Positions 46,329-54,877 of a stretch of DNA of 64,000 bases are shown one piece after another (position 1 is the stretch's first letter; the number at the start of each line of letters is the position of its first letter). The notes beneath the pieces were generated by a model. The model was not told the origin of the DNA. It saw only the letters and a program-made list of their open reading frames with translations, and did not search any database. The position numbers and the translations under genes are program-made. Source of the DNA: a bacterium (GTDB lineage Bacteria > Patescibacteriota > Minisyncoccia > Moranbacterales > UBA1568). Where the stretch lies: positions 68,934-132,933 of the forward strand of contig JAKACP010000001.1 of the NCBI GenBank assembly GCA_021821305.1, read 5' to 3'.

Positions 46329-46769
46329 ATGTTCGAACCGTACCTCGTCGTCATCATACCGGTCGTCGTCGGCATCGGGACGCAGGCCCTGAAATTCGTC
46401 ATTTTCACCGCGAGGAACGGATGGAAGCCGGAGTACATGTTCACGCACGGCCACATGCCGAGCGCGCACACCGCGTTCGCCGTATCGCTCGCGACGGCCG
46501 TCGGCTGGTACGAGGGATACCATTCCGGAGTGTTCGCCGTCGCGCTCGCGCTCGCTTTCATCCTCGTCGATGACGCGGCGCGCATCCGCATGTACCTCGG
46601 CGACCAGGGACGCTATCTCAACATGCTCATCGCCCAGATGAAGGGCGTCGTCGACGAGGAGCAGTTCCCCCGCCTCAAGGAACGCGTCGGCCACCGGGTG
46701 AGCGAAGTGGTGGTCGGAGCGATCGTCGGCTTTGCCGCGACCATGGCGCTCGTCTCCCTCTTCACGTAG
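46329..46769 (+). CDS. divergent PAP2-family (DUF212-like) membrane protein
   Basis: The 146-aa product has HGHMPSAHTA and hydrophobic helices. Confidence 0.6.
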   Translation: MFEPYLVVIIPVVVGIGTQALKFVIFTARNGWKPEYMFTHGHMPSAHTAFAVSLATAVGWYEGYHSGVFAVALALAFILVDDAARIRMYLGDQGRYLNMLIAQMKGVVDEEQFPRLKERVGHRVSEVVVGAIVGFAATMALVSLFT

Positions 46770-46794
46770 CCGAGCCCGGGATCAGCTTGAACGA

Positions 46795-46836
46795 AACCGA
46801 CGACCCTAGGGTCGTCGGTCTTTCTTTATTTTCAAA
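46795..46836. terminator. bidirectional terminator hairpin
   Basis: accgacgaccctagggtcgtcggt followed by ctttctttatttt. Confidence 0.45.
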
Positions 46837-48085
46837 CCATTTTTTCCAGCTCTTCCTCGATCACTCTCCGATCGTTCCAGGGGAGGCGTTCGTCGCCCAC
46901 CGCCATGGTTTCTTCGGCACCTTTGCCGGTGACGAGGAGGATATCGCCAGGAGCGAGTATCGAGAGCGCTTTGCGTATCGCTTCGCGGCGGTCGAGGATC
47001 CTGAAGTAATCGACGCCTTTCTCCTTTCCCTTGATCCCCTGCTCCACCTCGTCGAGGATCCGTTCCGGGTCCTCGTGATACGGATCCTCGTTCGTGAGAA
47101 TGACGATATCGGCGTTCGACGAGACGATTTCGCCCATGATCGGCCGCTTGCCCCGATCACGCTCCCCGCAGGCCCCGAACACCGAGACGATCTTGGCGCC
47201 TTCCGCGCGCATCGAGGATGCGAGCGAATAGAGCTTGTCGAGCGAATCCGGCGTCACGGCGTAATCGATGAATATGTGGGCCCCGAGACCGTTCTCCACG
47301 CTGTCCATGCGACCCGGAACGAGCTTGACCTTTTCGATGGCCAGGGCCGCGGTCTCGAGCGGTACGCCGATGGCCGAGGTCGCGGCGATCGCCGCGAGCG
47401 CGTTCTCTACGTTGAACGTCCCCGGGATGGCGACGCGGAAAGACACGCCGGAAACCGCGAAGGTCGATCCCGACAGCGAGACCTCGAGGTTTTCCGCGTA
47501 GATATCCGCCTTGGGGTCGATGACGCTGTAGGTACGTTTCTCGCGGGCCCCCTCGAGGAAAAATTCCGGCTCCCACATGTCGAGATTCACGATCGCCTTC
47601 TTGGCGCCGTCGAAGAGCCGACGCTTGGCCCGCCGATATTCCTCCATCGTCTTGTGATAGTCGAGGTGTTCGCGCGTCACGTTGGTGATGACGGCGACCT
47701 CGTAGCGGATGCCAGAGACCCGCCGCTGATCGAGAGCGTGCGAAGAGACCTCGAGCACGGCATGGGTGCACCCGGCGTCCGCCGCGCTGCGCAGGAACCC
47801 CTGCAGTCTGCGGCCGGAAAGGGTGGTGAATTTCGACGTATTGATCCGCTCCTCGCCTGCGACTCGGAAATTGATCGTCGAGGCGAGAGCGACTTTTTTC
47901 CCGTCCTCTTCGAGGATGCGCGCGATGAGGTTCGCGGTGGTCGTCTTGCCGTTCGTCCCCGTCACTCCGATGATGGTGAGTCCGTGCGAGGGACAGCCGA
48001 AGTACCACGATGCCGCCACCGCCTCGACGAGATGGAAAAAATTCTTCATTCCCTGGGGGAGCAGTTTCGATATGATATGGCGCAT
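46832..48085 (-). CDS. murE: Mur ligase, UDP-N-acetylmuramoyl-tripeptide synthetase (MurE-like)
   Basis: The P-loop is GVTGTNGKTTT. The product has the Mur ligase middle and C-terminal domains. Confidence 0.75.
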   Translation of the reverse strand: MRHIISKLLPQGMKNFFHLVEAVAASWYFGCPSHGLTIIGVTGTNGKTTTANLIARILEEDGKKVALASTINFRVAGEERINTSKFTTLSGRRLQGFLRSAADAGCTHAVLEVSSHALDQRRVSGIRYEVAVITNVTREHLDYHKTMEEYRRAKRRLFDGAKKAIVNLDMWEPEFFLEGAREKRTYSVIDPKADIYAENLEVSLSGSTFAVSGVSFRVAIPGTFNVENALAAIAATSAIGVPLETAALAIEKVKLVPGRMDSVENGLGAHIFIDYAVTPDSLDKLYSLASSMRAEGAKIVSVFGACGERDRGKRPIMGEIVSSNADIVILTNEDPYHEDPERILDEVEQGIKGKEKGVDYFRILDRREAIRKALSILAPGDILLVTGKGAEETMAVGDERLPWNDRRVIEEELEKMV

Positions 48086-48135
48086 GGCGTTGTTCCTTAT
48101 GGGGGCTGACGTGTTATGGGATCTTGAACAGCTAT

Positions 48136-49125
48136 TTATATCCTCATGAACTTCCGGAGGTAGACCATGTTCTCGCGGACGAGGCGGAGCATATCATAGC
48201 TCCGGTACGACCGACGATCGAGCACGATATCGTAGGCGCCGGGAAAACGTCTCGGCTCGGTGCCGGGAGCGAATCCCGTCTTGAACCGCGTGATGCCCTC
48301 CCAATCGCTTCCCGCCTGCGCACTTCCGTCGACCGTCTTCACTCCGCCGAAATCATACCACGTACAGCCGGCACCGCGCGCGTCCCGTATCGCCGCCCAT
48401 TGGAGAAGGAACGGCGCCATGTATTCGCGTTTCATCGAGGCCGACCCGCCGTGGAGATAGGTCGCCACGCCGCCGTGATGGACGACGAGATTGATGCCGA
48501 GAATATCGCTCCCGGAGAGCGCGACGAAAAGCTTTCCGGTCTTTCCGAGAAACGCGTCGAGCATCCTCCCGTAGTACGCGGCCGGGTGCGGGACGAGGCG
48601 CTTGCGCAGCGCTGTCTCGCGCACGAGCCCCACGAAGGCGTCACGGTATTCATCGTCGCTTGAGACGACCACCCGGACACCCTTCTTCTCCGCAAGGCGG
48701 ATATTGTAGCGCGTTTTCGATTTCATCCCGGCAAGGAGTTCCTCGTCCGGCTTCGAGATATCCATCACGAGCACCTCGCGCGGCTGTACGTCGTGCGGCG
48801 CATTGACCACCCTTTCCCCGCACGCCTGCCGTATCTCCTCAAGGGCCGCGTCGGTATCCGGTTCGATACGCACCCACTTGGCGCCTGCGGCTCGCGCACG
48901 CGCGACAAGGTCCCGGATCGTTTCCCGGTTCGTCGCGACGCGATCCAAGCCTGCTTCCATAATCGGCCCGCGGGGGACATAGAGGTACTTCCCGACGATC
49001 GGGAGCTCATGGACGATCCCGTTCGCGCAAAAATCGTCGCCGGAAAACCTGACGACGTTCTTGCCGGTCGACTCCTGAAATCGGAGCCAACTTTCAGATT
49101 GAAGGAGATCCGGTTCCTGGTGCAT
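48136..49125 (-). CDS. FemAB-family peptidoglycan branch-peptide aminoacyltransferase (FemX-like)
   Basis: The 329-aa product has a FemAB-like fold (conserved GGxATY... region). Confidence 0.65.
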   Translation of the reverse strand: MHQEPDLLQSESWLRFQESTGKNVVRFSGDDFCANGIVHELPIVGKYLYVPRGPIMEAGLDRVATNRETIRDLVARARAAGAKWVRIEPDTDAALEEIRQACGERVVNAPHDVQPREVLVMDISKPDEELLAGMKSKTRYNIRLAEKKGVRVVVSSDDEYRDAFVGLVRETALRKRLVPHPAAYYGRMLDAFLGKTGKLFVALSGSDILGINLVVHHGGVATYLHGGSASMKREYMAPFLLQWAAIRDARGAGCTWYDFGGVKTVDGSAQAGSDWEGITRFKTGFAPGTEPRRFPGAYDIVLDRRSYRSYDMLRLVRENMVYLRKFMRI

Positions 49126-49149
49126 GATTCCTGATATATGATCCGATGC

Positions 49150-49722
49150 TTACTTCTTCCCAAGGAGTTTCAGCGCGGCGCGGATGCGCTCGCCGATATC
49201 GCCCACCTCGGGGGATACCATCTTGAGCGCCTCGCGCCCTTCGGTCACGTTGTATCCGAGCGACAAGAGTGCCTGGAGCGCCTCGTGATCCGGCATCGAC
49301 TGGCCGGCGGATTTCCCCGAGGGCGCCGACACCTTGTTCTGGAGTTCGACGATGACGCGCTCGGCGGTCTTTTTCCCCACGCCGGACACCTGCGTCAGAA
49401 TGGACGGATCCTTGTTGATGATCGCCATCCGGATCGTGTCCGGGTCCGCGATCGAGAGGATGCCGAGCGCCGCCTTCGGTCCGATACCGGATATCGTGAT
49501 GAGCAGCTCGAACATGTCGAGCTCATCCTCGGAGAGGAATCCGTAGAGCGCGAGCTGGTCCTCGCGGACATGCGTATGGATATGGAACGCGACCTCCCCC
49601 TGGCCGGCGACCTTGCCGAGCGTATACGCGGAGACCGAGACCTTGTACCCAATGCCGTTCACGTCCACGATGACGTTGCCTCCCCGGATTCCGGCTATTT
49701 TTCCCGCTATCTGTGCGAACAT
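49150..49722 (-). CDS. ruvA: Holliday junction DNA helicase RuvA
   Basis: The OB fold is followed by tandem HhH motifs (ISGIGPKAA, VSGVGKKTAE). Confidence 0.85.
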   Translation of the reverse strand: MFAQIAGKIAGIRGGNVIVDVNGIGYKVSVSAYTLGKVAGQGEVAFHIHTHVREDQLALYGFLSEDELDMFELLITISGIGPKAALGILSIADPDTIRMAIINKDPSILTQVSGVGKKTAERVIVELQNKVSAPSGKSAGQSMPDHEALQALLSLGYNVTEGREALKMVSPEVGDIGERIRAALKLLGKK

Positions 49723-49889
49723 ATGAAAGAGTGAAGCGAAGCGGTGTCCCGCAAAAGTCCTCGTCCTGTCTGTCGATCATTGTACCATTTACCCCGTTTC
49801 CTTGCCAAAATTCCGAGGCTGTGGTAAAAAAGGGAAGTCTCAGCGCATATTTTCATGCTCATTTTTTATTCGACGCTTAAACCAGAACT

Positions 49890-50159
49890 ATGCCGATCAA
49901 GGAAAACGCGAAGAAGTATATGCGGGTGACCGCGAGGAAGACCGCCCAGAACAAGATCGTGAAGGGCGTGCTCAAGAGCGCCGTCAAGAAGACCCGTGAA
50001 GCGGTCGCCGGCGGCAAGATCGACGAGGCCCAGGAGATGCTCAAGAAGGCGCAGAAGGCCTTCGACAAGGCGGCTCAGAAGAACATCATCAAGAAGAACA
50101 CCGCCGCCCGCAAGAAGTCCCGCCTCAACACGCTCGTGAAGAACGCGTCAAAAGCCTAG
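49890..50159 (+). CDS. rpsT: 30S ribosomal protein S20
   Basis: The 89-aa basic Lys/Ala-rich product is typical of S20. Confidence 0.9.
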   Translation: MPIKENAKKYMRVTARKTAQNKIVKGVLKSAVKKTREAVAGGKIDEAQEMLKKAQKAFDKAAQKNIIKKNTAARKKSRLNTLVKNASKA

Positions 50160-50202
50160 GCTTTTGACGTCCCGCACTCGATGCGGGACCCCCTCACCAA
50201 AG

Positions 50203-50232
50203 AATAAACTCCCTGCCAGAGGGAGTTTTCTT
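50203..50232 (+). terminator. rho-independent terminator after rpsT
   Basis: aaactccctgccagagggagttt followed by tcttt. Confidence 0.5.
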
Positions 50233-50543
50233 TACGCTGCGTCTAACAAATCTTCCCATTCCGGATTAACGGTCTCAACAAGCGAATCCTTCCATTTTCG
50301 CCTCCATCTCTTAAGTTGCCCTTCCCGGCGAAGAGCCTCCTTCATGTCTGATGCTTTCTCAAAGTAAACCAACTTGTTCACTTTATATTTTCGTGTAAAA
50401 TCAGCTCCGTTTCCACTCCTGTGCTGTTTGAGTCTTCTTGCCAAATCCTTCGTACTTCCAACGTACATCACTTGATGATTCCAGTTCGTCAAAATATAGA
50501 CGTAATAATCGGAATCAGACATAAGGTAAAGATCCCGAATCAA
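50232..50543 (-). CDS. GIY-YIG nuclease family protein (YhbQ-like, 103 aa)
   Basis: YYVYILTNWNHQVMYVGSTKDLARRLKQHRSG. Confidence 0.7.
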   Translation of the reverse strand: MIRDLYLMSDSDYYVYILTNWNHQVMYVGSTKDLARRLKQHRSGNGADFTRKYKVNKLVYFEKASDMKEALRREGQLKRWRRKWKDSLVETVNPEWEDLLDAA

Positions 50544-50562
50544 GTTCGGGATGAGCTAAAGC

Positions 50563-51528
50563 TCAAAACTTCTTCACGAAGAGCGTGAGGGCGAGTTCGG
50601 GGTCGATCCGGCCGACCTTGAGATCTGAGTCGAGCGAGGCGAGAAGCGAGAATCCGTCGCGAAGACGCGCGAGCGAAAACCCGGACATCCGCGAGAGCAG
50701 TTTCCCGACGACGAAGGGGTGCATACCCGTCGCCTTGGCGATATCCGCCGACCGCATGACACCGCGATCGCACTCACCGCGGACCTTGAGGAGTTCGCGG
50801 AGCTGCCAGGCGAGGAGCCCGAACAGTTTCGGGACTCCGCCGGAATCCGCGCGCGATTCCTCGAGGAGCATCGTAGCCGCCTTGCCCCGGTCGCCCGACA
50901 CAAGCGCGTCGAGCGCCGCGAACACCTTCTCCCTCGGATTCCCGGAGACGAAGCGTTCCACATCCTCAATCGAGACCTCTCCGGATTCCCGATACGAGGC
51001 GAGTGTCCTCGCGTAACCGGAAAGCGTTCCGGAGTCGCCCGGAAAAAGCGCTACGAGCCGATCGGCCGCCGCACGGGAAAACGATATATCCGCCGAGACG
51101 GCACGAGCCTCCTGAGTGAGGAACGTCCGCGCTTCCTCGGCGGACAGGATCGGAAATTCCTCGGTGATATCGGCGTGTTTTTTCAGGAACGTCGCGAGCG
51201 GATCCTTGGCTTTCACCGCACTGTCGGAGACGAACAGGAATCGCGAGGAAGCGGCCGCACCCTTGAGCGCGTCGCATATCCGCTCCTTCTCGTCATCCGC
51301 CACGGAAAACGCGCTCCCGACATCGACGAAGCGCGGCGCGCCGAACAGATCGACCGCACCGGCATCGGCGAGGCGTTTCGCGACACGGAGCGGATCCTCG
51401 TCGGCATCGACCGAGACGGTCTCGCCTTCCGGGCATTCCTCGCGGAAGGCCCGTTTCAGCTCCGAACGGCGCCGCATGAGGCGGAATCGGTCCTTTCCTG
51501 ACAGGAAAATCATCATAGGATTCGTCAT
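50563..51528 (-). CDS. holA: DNA polymerase III delta subunit
   Basis: It has the ~320-aa HolA-like architecture. The start is at the internal MTNPMM. Confidence 0.65.
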   Translation of the reverse strand: MTNPMMIFLSGKDRFRLMRRRSELKRAFREECPEGETVSVDADEDPLRVAKRLADAGAVDLFGAPRFVDVGSAFSVADDEKERICDALKGAAASSRFLFVSDSAVKAKDPLATFLKKHADITEEFPILSAEEARTFLTQEARAVSADISFSRAAADRLVALFPGDSGTLSGYARTLASYRESGEVSIEDVERFVSGNPREKVFAALDALVSGDRGKAATMLLEESRADSGGVPKLFGLLAWQLRELLKVRGECDRGVMRSADIAKATGMHPFVVGKLLSRMSGFSLARLRDGFSLLASLDSDLKVGRIDPELALTLFVKKF

Positions 51529-51598
51529 TACTCCCCCAGTATACCAAAAGGACAGCATTCCTGCTGTCCTTCCGCCGTCACCCCGCTCCGAGAGGCGC

Positions 51599-51790
51599 TA
51601 GTAACTATCTCAAATCTCATGTCGAACTGAAATGCTGAAATTTCGAGCGAAAAAGCCGAAAAGCGCGGAGGGCTATCGGGATAACCCGACAAACTTTTCG
51701 GGTTTTGCAGCCGAAATTTCAGTGTTTCAGACGACAAGTGTGCGGGATTTTTGCTTGAAATACACGCGGTGAGATTTGAGATAGTTACTT
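51599..51790 (+). repeat. copy B of the ~186-nt TIR-flanked intergenic element
   Basis: It has perfect 20-nt terminal inverted repeats (agtaactatctcaaatctca and tgagatttgagatagttact). Its interior aligns with copies A and C. Confidence 0.5.
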
Positions 51791-52898
51791 AGGCCTGCTC
51801 CCACTTGTACCCCGTTCCCGGCTCGACGACATTGACCCATATCTGTCCCGGAACGAACTTCACTTCATTCCCGTTCTGATCGAGGAACAGGAGCTTGCTC
51901 GCTATGTTCGTCCGATCCTTCTTCCAGGTGCCGCGGGTCTGCTTGCCGTTCATGTAGTAGAACGCATCCCCGGAGTCCACCTGGTCGCCCCACGGATCGC
52001 CGAACTTGAGGTTGTTGTACTGGCCCTCTATCTGCTCGGACTCGACGAAGATCGTCACGACATTCTTCGGGGCGATGCGGACACCGTTATTGCGATCGGT
52101 ATCCTCGACGTTGCCCCACAGCCGCTTCCACGCGTTGGAATCCTTGTCATAGAAATATTCGACTTCTCCCGAACCCGGGTACCCGATACGCAGGTGCGCG
52201 CTCGACGGACGGTCCGCGAGCGGAGCCTCGTCCTGGTGCGGATACCCGGCGAACCGGTTCTCGAGACCATACCCGAGCGCCTCGGATCGCGCGAAGGCCG
52301 CCTCGACATTGACGCGGCTCGTGTCCTCCACTTTCATGCCGTTCGTCCGTTCGGCTCGGTAGCAGACATCGGATCCGGCCGAATTTCCGGCCGCTCCGGT
52401 GCAATCGATGTTGTCGAGTATCCCCTCCTTGATCTTGTCGAGGGCGAAATGCGACCCGCCCCAGTGGACATAGATCGCGTCGAGGCCCTTGGCAAGATGG
52501 AGGAAGTCATGCCGCGAGGAGCGGACCGCGCCGGCCTCTTTCGGGAGCGTGCACTGGTATACCGCCATGAGCCGGTTGATGGTCGCGGTGATGACCGGCA
52601 TCTCGAACACCATGTCCGCATCGGAGAATCCGGCGGCCGGGCGCGCGGAGAGGTCCGCCGGCTGCATCACGGCCACCGGACGGCGATTCCAGTTCTCGCA
52701 CGACACCCCGGAGAGCGCGCTCACCGGACCGGTGTTCACCGCCGCCTGCGGTCCGGACGAACCTGAAGACGGGTTTTCCATCTGTATCCGATTCACGTTG
52801 GCCTTGCGCATCGCGTCGCGGCCGTAGGTGAAATACACCGCGAGCCCGGCGATGGACATCGCGACGATGGCGATGATCAGTTTCTGTTTCACTGGCAT
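51789..52898 (-). CDS. DUF3048-like (YerB-like) membrane-anchored or secreted protein
   Basis: The 369-aa product has an N-terminal TM/signal anchor. The family assignment is recalled from memory, with moderate certainty. Confidence 0.55.
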   Translation of the reverse strand: MPVKQKLIIAIVAMSIAGLAVYFTYGRDAMRKANVNRIQMENPSSGSSGPQAAVNTGPVSALSGVSCENWNRRPVAVMQPADLSARPAAGFSDADMVFEMPVITATINRLMAVYQCTLPKEAGAVRSSRHDFLHLAKGLDAIYVHWGGSHFALDKIKEGILDNIDCTGAAGNSAGSDVCYRAERTNGMKVEDTSRVNVEAAFARSEALGYGLENRFAGYPHQDEAPLADRPSSAHLRIGYPGSGEVEYFYDKDSNAWKRLWGNVEDTDRNNGVRIAPKNVVTIFVESEQIEGQYNNLKFGDPWGDQVDSGDAFYYMNGKQTRGTWKKDRTNIASKLLFLDQNGNEVKFVPGQIWVNVVEPGTGYKWEQA

Positions 52899-53050
52899 AG
52901 GTTTTGGAAATATTCAAACATATTACAGGCGTAATTGTATCACAGGCTGGCCATGACAAGGAAGCGGCGCGCTCGCGACTTGACTTTCCCGACGAAGTGC
53001 GTCAGAACCGGTGTGGAGTTCTTTTCCATTTCCCGAAAGGAGGCAGCGCC

Positions 53051-53587
53051 ATGAACGACCATTCCTACGGACCATCGGCTGTCGTGAGCGATCCTGCGAG
53101 CGACCTCATCAACTCGATGCGGGATACGCTCGAAGAAGCGACCTGCCGCGCCAGAAGAGCGCTCGAACGATACGATATATACGAGACGATCGCCGTCATC
53201 CATCGTGACGGCAGGGAACGTTTCTCGACCAAGGAGTTCTGTCTCCATGCCCTCGATTCCGTCCATGAGCAGCTTGAGCTCCGTCTCGCCGTGGCGATGT
53301 ACGACGTCTTCGCGCCGTGCGTGGGTACGGATCATGAAAAATCACTTGAAAAAAGGTTCAAAGAAAGCCTGAGGAACAGTATCTTCATCCATGATGCGTC
53401 GAAAGGAGAAGAATGGCTCGGAGCGTCGGGGTCACCCACGCAAGCGCTCGAAAAGATCCGCTCGAAGGTACTGCCCCGGATGCTCAAGCTCGTGTCCGCG
53501 ATCGAGGCGGCCACGACGATCGAGCGCCGAAAAGAAACCAAGGAAAAACCGGCGCTCCTCAAACCGCCGATGCTGGCGCTCAGATGA
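53051..53587 (+). CDS. hypothetical protein (178 aa)
   Basis: The SD site aaaggagg lies 8 nt before ATG (MNDHSYG). A terminator follows. Confidence 0.45.
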   Translation: MNDHSYGPSAVVSDPASDLINSMRDTLEEATCRARRALERYDIYETIAVIHRDGRERFSTKEFCLHALDSVHEQLELRLAVAMYDVFAPCVGTDHEKSLEKRFKESLRNSIFIHDASKGEEWLGASGSPTQALEKIRSKVLPRMLKLVSAIEAATTIERRKETKEKPALLKPPMLALR

Positions 53588-53606
53588 GGGAAGCCGCAAA
53601 CACGTA

Positions 53607-53680
53607 AGCCGCCTGACCAATGTGTCAGCGCGGCCTTTTTCATACAAAAAACAAGGGCGCCCGGATATTTCCGTGCGCCC
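53607..53680. terminator. two back-to-back terminator hairpins serving convergent genes
   Basis: The first is ccgcctgaccaatgtgtcagcgcggcctttttc on the plus strand. The second, on the minus strand, is GGGCGCACGGAAATATCCGGGCGCCC followed by TTGTTTTTTG. Confidence 0.5.
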
Positions 53681-53681
53681 G

Positions 53682-53966
53682 TCAGGGCTGTTGCTCGATT
53701 TTCGGACCGACGAAGAACCGCTGTCCTTCATGGTCGACTTCGCCGTAGATACGGATCGAATATCCGCTTTTCCGGAGATTGTCCTGCGAAAAGATGGAAA
53801 GATCGGGATACCCGTCCACCGGGGCGGGCGTCTCCGTGATTCCATGCGAAAGAACTTCCTTCACCCTCTGTTCGAGGGCATCTGTCAGCTTCAAGGGAAG
53901 CATTTTTCTCTCCTGTTTCGGTATGTTTTCGGTCTCAAACATAGCACATTTCGAGTGAATTGTCAA
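53682..53966 (-). CDS. hypothetical small protein (94 aa)
   Basis: Its start overlaps the stop of the upstream kinase-like gene (ATGA). It has its own terminator. Confidence 0.35.
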   Translation of the reverse strand: MTIHSKCAMFETENIPKQERKMLPLKLTDALEQRVKEVLSHGITETPAPVDGYPDLSIFSQDNLRKSGYSIRIYGEVDHEGQRFFVGPKIEQQP

Positions 53967-54862
53967 TACTTCATGGCTGTTTCGAATTTCCGCTTCGCGT
54001 CCTTGATCGTCTCGAAGTCGCCGGCTTCGATGATATCGGAAACCTCCGAATCGAAATCGAAACGCCTCGCCTTCCCGAAGTCGATGACGCGAGGATCCAG
54101 GGTCTCCCAGTCGATCATGATATTCCGCGCATAGAGATCGAGGTGATAGATCTTCCGTTTGTGCATCTCGACGATGTACGCCTCGAGCTTGCGGAAAAAT
54201 TCCTTGACGTCGAAGTCGCGGCGTTTCAGTTCCATGAGCGCGTCCGGTTGTCGGAGTACGACATCCTCGATGCTCAATCCCCGTATCCGCTCCATGCCGA
54301 TCACGATGAGGTCCGCCTGATGCGCATGGAAATACGCGTGCGGTGTCCGGACGCCCTCCACCGAAAGATCATTGAGGTCGCCGAGAAAGTTCACTTCCCG
54401 ATGCACCGGATTCCCCTTCCGATACGCCCCTTCATCGTGCACGACCTTGTAGCATGCTTTGGGCCATGTCCCGCTCTCGAACACTTTGGCGACCGCGCCC
54501 TCGCCGAGAAAATTCTCCGGGTCCGCGAGTGAGTTCCGTATATCGGCGATCTCCCGGCTCACGCATTCGAGGATCTTCTCGTCCTCCTGCTCGTGGAGCT
54601 CGGCATGCACGAGGTCCGCGTCGATGATATCGACGGCCGAGGCCTCGACGATCCCGTTACGGCGCTTCACGAAATCGTTGATTTTCTCATACGCCGGTTC
54701 CGCATCGAGCTCGGCATCGTCGATCTCGTTTTCGAGCCGCTCCGCGAGCTCGGCCGGCAAACCGCGGAGAAGTGCCTCGGACTGCGACTCATACCACGTG
54801 TCGGACCTCTCCGGGCCTTCCGCCTTCGCGATACCCGGTTGTGGGAAATATTCTCCGATCAT
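53963..54862 (-). CDS. protein-kinase-like fold protein (Kdo/RIO/ePK-like) with an acidic N-terminal region
   Basis: The Gly-rich loop is GEGAVAKVF, the conserved Lys is in CYKVV, the catalytic loop is HLDLYARNIMID and the DFG motif is IDFGKA. Confidence 0.6.
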   Translation of the reverse strand: MIGEYFPQPGIAKAEGPERSDTWYESQSEALLRGLPAELAERLENEIDDAELDAEPAYEKINDFVKRRNGIVEASAVDIIDADLVHAELHEQEDEKILECVSREIADIRNSLADPENFLGEGAVAKVFESGTWPKACYKVVHDEGAYRKGNPVHREVNFLGDLNDLSVEGVRTPHAYFHAHQADLIVIGMERIRGLSIEDVVLRQPDALMELKRRDFDVKEFFRKLEAYIVEMHKRKIYHLDLYARNIMIDWETLDPRVIDFGKARRFDFDSEVSDIIEAGDFETIKDAKRKFETAMKY

Positions 54863-54877
54863 ATTCGCTTTCGTTCC

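Noticed and set aside
44172-48109. Plus-strand ORFs 44172-46268 (698 aa) and 46787-48109 (440 aa), and minus-strand frames 44794-46248 and 47157-48008
   Set aside because: They lie opposite or out of frame with pcrA/uvrD and murE, which carry canonical helicase and Mur-ligase motifs. The translations are low-complexity.
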